From positions 1 through 42,536 of the forward strand of contig CAWALK010000003.1 in the NCBI GenBank assembly GCA_963782915.1: a DNA stretch of 42,536 nucleotides, written 5' to 3'. Made by a program: the position numbers and the translations under genes. Origin of the DNA: an uncultured archaeon (lineage in GTDB: Archaea > Thermoproteota > Bathyarchaeia > Bathyarchaeales > Bathycorpusculaceae). Each line of letters opens with the position of its first letter. The stretch's first letter is position 1. This document shows positions 1-7,349 of this stretch, in pieces. A model generated the notes under the pieces. That model worked only from the letters and a program-made list of their open reading frames with translations. It made no database searches and had not been told where the DNA came from.

Positions 1-1404
1 CTTAAGATCGTTTTGTTTGTTTTTTTTGAAGCAGAAAAACAAAGCAGCACCCGCGGCAAGAACGCCTCCAGCACAAGCAGTGGCAAGAGGCACAATCGGT
101 ATGTTGGGGAAAGGCGCCTCAACATCGAAGTTGATTGTTTGGGATGTGCCTTTGTTTCCGAAAGTGTCGGTAGTATATATTATGATGTTGTGGGCACCGT
201 TTGACAAGCTAAGAGTTATGTTGCCTGTGAATGTTATTGGTTCTTGACCGTCTAGACTGTAGGCTGTCGTGCTAACCGGTTTTTCCACTGCGAAGACCAA
301 AGAGACCGCGGATGTATTGTATGTTTGAGTTGTTGGCGATTGAACAGTTATTCTCGGCGGGGTCGTCTTATAGAGGTACTCGTTAAGGTTGAAGGGTTGA
401 CTGGTTGGTTCGCGATAGAGTTGTATCTGGATGTTGTTGAACAAGGGCGTTGTTTGTGGTGATTGGTTTATGTCGCTGTCTTTGTAGAGTATTTTATCGC
501 TGATCTGGCTATTTCCAAAGCCATTGTCTCTGAAATAGTTGCGGTAAACTTCGTCGGTGTAGGTGTTGTTTTCATCAGGCCAAAGAGCTGCGACAATTAT
601 CCCGCCAACACCGTTGCTGATGAAGTTGTTTTCGGAAAAAGTGTTGTCATGACCTTCCCAAGCGTAGAGACCAGAAAGGTAGATGCCATACCAAGTGTAC
701 TCTACGTTATTTCTGGTAACGTTTGAGTAAGCAAACTCACCGCTGAAGGTACATGCGAAAGTGCCTTTTGATATGTTGTTGTAGGCAACGTTTAGGTATT
801 TGACGCTACCGTATCCCTGAATTGCCGTATGTACGTTGTTAAAAATGTTCCCTATAATGTTGCAATAGGGGGATTCAGAATCAACCCAGACGCCTGTAGA
901 CCCTGCTTCAAAGTTGTTTCCCAAGATTGTGACTCTCGATGACGCGTCTATGTCAATCGCTAAACCACAGTTTTTGAATTGGATATTTTGCACGATTACA
1001 TTGTGACATTGTTTAACTATGATCCGCGCATCACCAGAGTTGCCATAATCCCAAATGCCTTGGGAAAGCGCCAAAGTGAATCCGTTACCATCAAAGATGG
1101 CGTCGTTTTTCATGATTGTTAGTGACGTGTTGGTGAGGTCTGCTTTGAGTGTATAGAGGTTTCCTTGGCGCTCAATAGGTAGGGTTGATGGTTCTATTGT
1201 GCCGTCGGCTTTGATGTAGCCATATTCTAGGGGCACTTTTTCAATGTAAACTGGGTTCCCACCCAAAGCGGGCGCTGCTGTGGTTGTGACGAGCATTGCC
1301 ATCAAAGTGAAAAGGAAAATCTGGGCTCTGAGAGTATTGCCCTCCGAATTTTTGGTTTTGAAAGATTGAAGGTGTGGCAAGCTCTTATTCTTCCATCGAG
1401 TCAT
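1..1404 (-). CDS. Secreted/membrane-anchored NosD-like right-handed beta-helix protein with C-terminal Ig-like domain and TM anchor (runs off the window edge)
   Basis: Not in the ORF track because the stop lies outside the window. Manual translation from ATG 1404 gives a hydrophobic signal-like segment, then YIKADGTIEPSTLPIERQGNLYTL...IFDGNGFTL (NosD-like start), Asn-rich repeats, YSLDGQEPITFTGNITL...GAHNIIIYTTDTFGN, and a TM followed by KKNK. The true start may be a later ATG. Confidence 0.75.
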   Translation of the reverse strand, partial: MTRWKNKSLPHLQSFKTKNSEGNTLRAQIFLFTLMAMLVTTTAAPALGGNPVYIEKVPLEYGYIKADGTIEPSTLPIERQGNLYTLKADLTNTSLTIMKNDAIFDGNGFTLALSQGIWDYGNSGDARIIVKQCHNVIVQNIQFKNCGLAIDIDASSRVTILGNNFEAGSTGVWVDSESPYCNIIGNIFNNVHTAIQGYGSVKYLNVAYNNISKGTFACTFSGEFAYSNVTRNNVEYTWYGIYLSGLYAWEGHDNTFSENNFISNGVGGIIVAALWPDENNTYTDEVYRNYFRDNGFGNSQISDKILYKDSDINQSPQTTPLFNNIQIQLYREPTSQPFNLNEYLYKTTPPRITVQSPTTQTYNTSAVSLVFAVEKPVSTTAYSLDGQEPITFTGNITLSLSNGAHNIIIYTTDTFGNKGTSQTINFDVEAPFPNIPIVPLATACAGGVLAAGAALFFCFKKNKQNDLK

Positions 1405-1419
1405 GCTTCATTTTTAGCG

Positions 1420-1449
1420 TTAAAAGGGTTTTCGTCAAACTTCCTTGAC
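1420..1449 (-). promoter_or_regulatory. Promoter with palindromic operator GTCAA-N6-TTGAC (1434-1449), BRE-like spacer and TATA (TTTTAA 1425-1420)
   Basis: Perfect inverted repeat gtcaa-acttcc-ttgac located 8 bp from the TATA box; same geometry at 1851-1879 and 10409-10439. Confidence 0.6.
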
Positions 1450-1539
1450 TAAGCTCAATTATAAAAACCCAAAAAACCCATCCGCCCATATAACCAATCT
1501 TGCAGCGGAAAAACTAACTCAAACCATACAATACCTCAG

Positions 1540-1821
1540 TTAAGCGGTTCTGTGTTTCCTAAATCGATACACTACAAGAACAACTAGGCAAACCGCAATA
1601 ACGCAAACCAGCACAATTACGGCAAGTTCAGCCCAGCCCAAACCCAACCAGGCATTATTCACCGAAACCCACTGGATGGGCGTTGAAGAAGCCATGCTCT
1701 GCTGGACTAAAACATAAGATTCGGCAACACCGAAAGAGGGTATGGTTTGTAAAATAATCAAACTTGACAGTGCAAATACCACGACAAACAATAACGCTTG
1801 GAGCTTACTCACGGTGGACAC
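1540..1821 (-). CDS. Small membrane protein (signal-peptide-like N-terminus plus C-terminal TM anchor)
   Basis: 93-aa ORF with two hydrophobic segments and a basic tail RFRKHRTA; preceded by the shared operator/TATA. Confidence 0.55.
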   Translation of the reverse strand: MSTVSKLQALLFVVVFALSSLIILQTIPSFGVAESYVLVQQSMASSTPIQWVSVNNAWLGLGWAELAVIVLVCVIAVCLVVLVVYRFRKHRTA

Positions 1822-1850
1822 CTACAACAAAACGGTTGCATTGTTGGCGA

Positions 1851-1906
1851 TTAAAGCGTTCTTGTCAACGTTTCTTGACTAAACTTAGTCCGGGTTTCTT
1901 GACTAA
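1851..1906 (-). promoter_or_regulatory. Promoter with tandem GTCAA-N6-TTGAC operators
   Basis: gtcaa-cgtttc-ttgac at 1864-1879 and a second degenerate copy ttagtc-cgggtttc-ttgactaa at ~1886-1906; TATA-like TTTAA at 1855-1851. Confidence 0.6.
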
Positions 1907-1994
1907 GTCTCAAACTGATAGGTTAGCGTTGAGTACTCCATCCTTGAGTAAAGGATCAAGAGTCAACTTGGCAGGACCTACCTACCTCAGAGGT

Positions 1995-2011
1995 ACCTCC
2001 CCTCCCCCTAT
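1995..2011 (+). repeat. Dispersed C-rich intergenic motif ACCTCCCCTCCCCCTAT
   Basis: Identical 17-mer in reverse orientation at 41611-41627; variants at 6506-6518 and 17906-17920. Confidence 0.55.
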
Positions 2012-2119
2012 AAAAAGTAACAAACGCAAATTAAATTAGCTAAAAATCACTAATAGAAACGATGATTTTTGCCTTAGGGACGGTTAAAGTCACAGTAAGG
2101 AAACATCTTAAAATCGGCC

Positions 2120-2761
2120 TTAGAAATGAATTGATTGTTTTGGTAACTGTGCTGACACCACGCCTTTCTTTATCGCCGCCAAAACCGAATCTACATTCAT
2201 TGCTGCCTCAACCTGTGTGCAAACACTAAACAACTCGGAGACTTGGTGTGCATCGCTGCCTGCGGTTCCGGGTAAACCTAGTTCTTTGGCGAATTCTTTG
2301 GCTTTTGCGTTGCCATCTTTACTGGTACCCCCGTTTAAGACCTCTATGGCGTCAACTTTTAGGCTTCGAGCCCGTTCTCCCATGCCATAGGTGCGGAATG
2401 GGTGGGCAACGATGGCTACGCCGCCGATTGAGCGGGCAAAATCCGCTACTGCTTCAGGCGTCCAAGGTTTAGGCGGCAACTCAAAAGTTCCCAAAACCAG
2501 CATGTCCCCGGTTGGCGTGCCGTCTTCTATGGTGCTGATTTCGCAGCCCGGGATAATTAGGATGTCTGGATAGGCTTTGGCGAGTTCGATTGTGGGTTTG
2601 TTGGCTCTTACACTGTCGTGGTCGGTGACTGCTGCGACTTTAATGTAGGGGTGGGCGTTTAGCATGTCAACGAGTGTTTTAGGTTGGACAAGGGAGTCTG
2701 CCGAGTAGACGGTGTGTAAGTGGAGGTCTGCGTATAGGGTGCCTGGTTTTGGCGGAGTCAT
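2120..2761 (-). CDS. PHP-domain metal-dependent phosphoesterase
   Basis: Motifs DLHLHT..S.D, AVTDHD, PGCEIST, AHPFR, IEVLNG, GSDAH; likely start ATG 2761 (MTPPKPG). Confidence 0.9.
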   Translation of the reverse strand: MTPPKPGTLYADLHLHTVYSADSLVQPKTLVDMLNAHPYIKVAAVTDHDSVRANKPTIELAKAYPDILIIPGCEISTIEDGTPTGDMLVLGTFELPPKPWTPEAVADFARSIGGVAIVAHPFRTYGMGERARSLKVDAIEVLNGGTSKDGNAKAKEFAKELGLPGTAGSDAHQVSELFSVCTQVEAAMNVDSVLAAIKKGVVSAQLPKQSIHF

Positions 2762-2889
2762 AATTGGGCTTATAGGTGATTGGGGGTAAAAAAGATATTT
2801 GAAGCTACAACCATCTAGAAGATAAAAAGGACACAAAGAAAAATGGAGAGAGAAATACTTGTTTCATCTTCCATTTTGCCTAATGCTTT

Positions 2890-3130
2890 AGCGCAGGTCA
2901 AGTCTGAGCCTTATTGTCGAGCTCGGCCCACCTAAGCATTGTCTTGGACGCCGCAGACTCTTTTCGCCGATTCGAATCTGCTGCTTTCAAGGCTTGGGTG
3001 CTTCAACACTCAGCAATGTCTCAGCCCAATGAGGCAGAGTCCTTTGTCGCGCCCCAATTTTTCGCTGTATGAATCAGGGTGCATCTGAGCCTCAGTGCAT
3101 TGCTTCTAAAGCTTGCTCCTTGACCTGCAA
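2890..3130 (-). ncRNA. Candidate structured non-coding RNA (~240 nt), family unassigned
   Basis: No long ORF. Perfect 10-bp terminal helix (2893-2902 with 3119-3128) and several internal hairpins whose G-U wobbles favour the minus strand. BRE/TATA-like cgcaat-atttatca at ~3166-3153 and a pyrimidine-rich tract downstream at ~2856-2830. Confidence 0.6.
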
Positions 3131-3240
3131 TAATCCTATGCGTTTTGGCAAGTGATAAATATTGCGACAAATCTGTTACAGAAAATACTATTGATGCATC
3201 AAATAGGACAATATGGTTAGGTTAAACAAGAAGAAGCTGC

Positions 3241-4876
3241 TTAATTTTCAGCTAACCCCTTACGCAACGCAGCCTCCAAATGGCTCAGCAGTTCCTTGGT
3301 TCCCTCAACATTCGCATCTTGAGAAACAAAAACCAGCGATTTATCCTCACAGGCTTGCTTGGCTGCTTCTTTGACCGTGTCATTCCAGAGTTTTCTGTCA
3401 TTCAGCAAAACCACAGCTTGGTAGCTGCCGCGTTTGATGAATTCTGCGGTTTGGGCTGCAACGTAGTTGACTGTTTCCAAGTCAAGGGGCAATGTGACTT
3501 CATGCTGGGAAAGCGGGTAAACCTCGTCAAGTTCCAAGGGTATGACGCCGAATGGAGCCGCATAAACACACACATGCACTTTCGCGGCTTAGTCTTCGCC
3601 TATCATTCGCAGGAGTTGGCGGATTTTCTTCATTTCGGGCGCTTTATGGAACGGTTTATTGCGCGTTTGAGGCACCAAAAACAACACCTTTGCCTCTGCT
3701 GGCGGCGTGTAGCGTTCGCTTAGGCGTTTGCGGTAATGGACGATTTCTGGGCGTACTAATCCGACTGAGTCAAAGTAGAAGAAGCCGCTGGATTTGGCGG
3801 TTGGGCTAAACTTTTCGAGGAAATCTTCGCTGCTGCGCAAACGTTTGAGCGCTGAAAGCAAGGCTGGATGTGCATGTAACCGCATTTCTGTGTGTTCCCA
3901 GAGCCTGCCGTCGCGAATCGCCTGTTTGATGCGGCGTATTTCAGCCATGCAAACGTGCAGGTTGTGTTCCGCTAGGAAGACTTCGCGTTCTTTAGCCGGT
4001 TTCCTCCGCAAGCCTTCGGGGGTTTCGGATGAGCATTTGGGGCAGCTGCATGGGAAATAATCCATTTGGTCTATGCGCCATGTGCCGTTTTCGGTCATGT
4101 AGCGGCCTTCGCGGGCGTAGAGTGCATAGGCTGCTGAATCGAATAAGTCGCAGACCAAGTGAAACAGCGAGTGCGAACATGGATGGGTGACCAGCGCCGA
4201 ATAGGTGCAGGGGGCGCTCCATTGGGATGCCCTTTTTGCAGGTTAAAATCATATCCGCCAGCACATCATAGCGGTAGTTTTCCATAACTTCTGTTGGGCT
4301 GCCCAATGCATGGATTGGGAAGGGTAATTTGCCCATTTCAACCGCGGATGATGCGACCAAGTCGAGGTGTCTGCCGCCCTGTACTGGACCGACCCAGAGG
4401 ATGTCATCTCGGGTTTTTAGTTCAAAGAAAGCTTTTGCTCTGCGCAGGGTTTCTGCTACGGTGACTTCGGCTTCTTCTTTGGTGACTTTCCAGCCCGTAG
4501 GAATGTCAAGGATGGTGGCTATGTCGCTACCGATGCCTTCCTGATAAGCAACAATCTCTTTCTGGCTGACCTCGACTTCGCCGTAAACAAGAATCTGATA
4601 AGCGCCTGAATCTGTCATGACTGCGCCGTCGTAATCGAGAAACTTGTGCAAGCCGCCCATTTCGATGGGTTTTTGGTCAAAACGTTTCTTGATGATATAT
4701 GAATTGGTGATTATGGCTTGGCATCCGAAGACTTCCTTGAGCCGCTTGGATGATATGGGTTGGTTGCTGGGGTTTATGACTGGGAATAGGAGCGGAGTCT
4801 CGACTGTGGCGCTGCGGGTTTTTAGTTTGCCGATTCTGCCAAGCAGGTCTTTTTCTTTAATTTCAAAGATGCTCAA
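3241..4876 (-). CDS. tgtA: Archaeosine tRNA-guanine(15) transglycosylase (frameshift ~4155, in-frame TAA at 3589-3591)
   Basis: MTDSGAYQ, LDIPTG, PVQGG, HLFGAGHP, CDLFDSAAY, CSCPKC zinc site, LAEHNL, YPLSQ; three ORF pieces join collinearly. Confidence 0.92.
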
Positions 4877-5066
4877 GGGGTGAAACCTACAGCTAAAGCA
4901 TATCTGTCTTATAAAAAAATGTTAGCCCAAAAGATGCAGGTGCATAACGGTTGTATACTCTTTATTTTAAATAAAGAGCCCAAGAATGCAACTGTTATAA
5001 ACAGAATCGCCCATGTCCAGGTATGGCTTACCTAAATGTAAGGTCTGCTCCTGAGGGGGAGAAACC

Positions 5067-5222
5067 ATCATCAACTTAGCCTATGCACTCTTGGCACTTA
5101 GCATCGCCTTCTTCGCAGGCATGTCAGCACTCGTAATTTTTAAAGCAAAAAAAGAAGCCCAGAAACTCACAGGCACAAAGTTGCAGGTTAGCCCTAAAAC
5201 AAAAAAGCCAACCAGAGATTAA
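5067..5222 (+). CDS. Putative 51-aa single-TM small protein with a non-canonical ATC start
   Basis: GGGGGAG SD-like motif, then IINLAYALLALSIAFFAGMSALVIFKAKKEAQK...RD*; in-frame TGA at 5052 upstream; TATA-like sequence ~4995. Confidence 0.45.
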   Translation: MINLAYALLALSIAFFAGMSALVIFKAKKEAQKLTGTKLQVSPKTKKPTRD

Positions 5223-5273
5223 GCATCTTTATATCGTGATGTTTCTCATATACCCCAAAGAAGTGGCATAAGA

Positions 5274-6026
5274 ATGGTCTGCTCAATCAACATAACCGAA
5301 AAACCTCAACTTAACGACCCAGTCCTCATCGAAGGCTTACCAGGCATAGGTTTTGTAGCAAACATCGCAGCACTCCACCTAATCAAAGAACTCAAAGCAA
5401 CATTGTTTGCACAGATTTTCTCTTCATCATTCCAAGACTTCGCCATAACAACCGAAGACGGCGGCGCACGCTCACCCATAAACGAGCTCTATTATGCTAA
5501 ACATCCAGAAGGCGGACGAGACCTCATCATCTGGTACGGCAACACACAAGCACTCACAACCATTGGGCAATATGAACTCGTCGGCAAAGTACTCGACATC
5601 TGCGCAGATTTAGGCTGCAAATTCGTAATTTCCATCGGCGGCTTCAAAAAAGACGAAGTACAACCCATCCCAGCCATCTACAGCACCGCCACAGACCTAG
5701 AAACCATGCAGGTAGCGCTGGATTTAGGCACCAAAGTCATGGTCGGACACGTATTTGGCATCGCAGGCTTATCAGTTGGTTTAGCCAGAATACGCGACTT
5801 CAAAGGCTTCTCCCTACTCGTCGACACCTTAGGCATGAACCCCGACGTCAACGCAGCGGAACACGCCATAATAATGCTTGGAAAATACCTCAAACTCAAC
5901 GTTGACTTAAGCGGCATCGAAGCAAGCGGCGAAGAAATCAAAAAAATGCTAGAATCCTTTGGAATAATTCGAAGCATAACAGAAGAAAAGAAGAAAGAAG
6001 AGCAGCAACTGCGCTGGTTCATCTAA
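5274..6026 (+). CDS. PAC2 family proteasome assembly chaperone-like protein
   Basis: PVLIEGLPGIGFVANIAALHLIKEL, VISIGG, GIAGL, PDVNAA pattern typical of archaeal PAC2. Confidence 0.88.
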   Translation: MVCSINITEKPQLNDPVLIEGLPGIGFVANIAALHLIKELKATLFAQIFSSSFQDFAITTEDGGARSPINELYYAKHPEGGRDLIIWYGNTQALTTIGQYELVGKVLDICADLGCKFVISIGGFKKDEVQPIPAIYSTATDLETMQVALDLGTKVMVGHVFGIAGLSVGLARIRDFKGFSLLVDTLGMNPDVNAAEHAIIMLGKYLKLNVDLSGIEASGEEIKKMLESFGIIRSITEEKKKEEQQLRWFI

Positions 6027-6448
6027 GCTGAAGCTTTTGCTTCACTCATAAAGGTCTCATAGACTTTTTGCACGCGATCAGCGGCTGGTCCTGAGCCTTC
6101 AACAACGCCTTTTTCGGTTAACTTAACCTTGTCCATTACCCAGATGAAGCCTTGGTCATCATAGAGTTTAACCATGGTTGGGAAAACTTTTTCGAGTCTT
6201 CCAGCGAGTGCTTTGAGGTCGAATGGTTTATCTGCACTGGATATTTGAGCGACGGTGCTTCCGTTGATTATTATGCGGTGTAGGGGTTTTCCTGCTTCGG
6301 TTGCGTCTGCTAAAACTAGGCTCATATTGTCTGGGTTGATGCCGATGAGTGTGCCGTTAATGGTTTTTCCGTTTGTGGTGACGACAGCTACAGTTTTATC
6401 TGCTAACGCTGCCACTTCTGTAAAGTATTTTCTTTGCGCTACAGACAA
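6023..6448 (-). CDS. Lsm/Sm RNA-binding protein with C-terminal extension (SmAP3 type)
   Basis: Sm fold (VAVVTTNGKTINGTLIG..NMSLVLADA...RIIING) plus C-terminal domain (FDLKALA.RLEKVFP.MVK...IWVMDKVKLTEKGV.EGSGP.A). Confidence 0.88.
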   Translation of the reverse strand: MSVAQRKYFTEVAALADKTVAVVTTNGKTINGTLIGINPDNMSLVLADATEAGKPLHRIIINGSTVAQISSADKPFDLKALAGRLEKVFPTMVKLYDDQGFIWVMDKVKLTEKGVVEGSGPAADRVQKVYETFMSEAKASA

Positions 6449-6608
6449 CTTTTTGTTTCTCCTTGATTGTTACATGTTGTTGCATTTCAACTATTTATCT
6501 ATAATACCCTCCCCCGATACCGCTATTAAGAATCAAGCGACAACGCAAATTTCAACCCTTTTAAAATAGAAAAGTCTATTAACGCTGGGAGGGTGCGTTT
6601 TGAGTACG

Positions 6609-6970
6609 ATGACCGATAGTATTGAGGCTTGGTTATTAGGCTTTGATTGTGGAAAGAAATGGTTTAACACAATCGCTGTGCCCAGAACTAAAGAAATGTA
6701 CTCAAAAGACATGAAGCAGTACTGTGATGCAGTAGGTAAAAGTCCACCTGAGCTTTTACACTTAAAATTGAAGGACTAAAAAACACTACAGAAAAAGAGT
6801 TTCAAGCCGAAGACCTTCTTGGACGGTTTTCTCTATAATAGCCCAAACATAACAGACCATATCAAAGTCTCAGATACTCTGCGCAGTTAAAAGCTTCTAC
6901 AAAGCTAATTGGCGTGAACTAAACAGCAACGTGGGCAAAAACCTCTCACTTCCAGGAGCACAAAAACACG
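6609..6970 (+). pseudogene. Truncated, frameshifted N-terminal part of a tyrosine integrase-like gene
   Basis: Pieces read MTDSIEAWLLGFDCGKKWFNTIAVPRTKEMYSKDMKQYCDAVGKSPPELL / EFQAEDLL / AVKSFYKANWREL, resembling the SAM-like core-binding region of archaeal integrases; no catalytic domain follows. Confidence 0.5.
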
Positions 6971-7349
6971 AATTATGGCTGGAGCCGCAAGGAAAAAATT
7001 TTTTCGACGTTTTAAATTTGGATAATGAAAAAAGCACGACGATATTGTCAGGAGAAATTCGATGCTTTATCAGCAATAAAGTGGCCACATTCAATTCTAA
7101 AATTCTTATTCCAATAGAAGTGTGTCTCATTTCAAGTCTTTAAAAAAATAGTGAATTGCAACATTTCATCAGAAAAAAGACGAAGATAAAGCGATTTAAA
7201 CCTAATCAAACGCTCACTCGTTTTTGTAAATAACTATTACAATTTAAGTGACTTTTTGATCTGATTTTTAGGAAGTTCATTTAAAGTCTAAAAGCAATCC
7301 AAAAGCTAATGCTCGAACGATTAAATAAAAAAGGGTTGGGATATTACCG

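Noticed and set aside
13-726. Plus-strand ORFs 13-204, 17-247 and 463-726, and the many similar antisense or alternative-frame ORFs in the track
   Set aside because: They are shadows of well-supported genes on the opposite strand or in another frame.
1928-2100. Several short hairpins downstream of the PHP gene
   Set aside because: The stems are short and AT-rich, with no enclosing helix or clear promoter; not distinguishable from chance.
2890-3130. Assignment of the structured RNA as RNase P or SRP RNA
   Set aside because: Plus-strand GAGGCAGAGTCC (3031-3042) only loosely resembles CR-I, sits mid-molecule and lacks a matching CR-V. The CAGG...AGCAA string is at the 5' end inside the terminal helix, not in an SRP helix-8 hairpin.
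2888-3130. Minus-strand frame interrupted only by three TGA codons (selenoprotein/readthrough idea)
   Set aside because: The translation is not protein-like, there is no redox-motif context, and TGA is used as a normal stop elsewhere in the window.
3589-3591. Stop-codon reassignment suggested by in-frame TAA in tgtA and the second GT39 gene
   Set aside because: TAA terminates many genes here normally; two cases in an error-rich assembly are better explained as substitutions.
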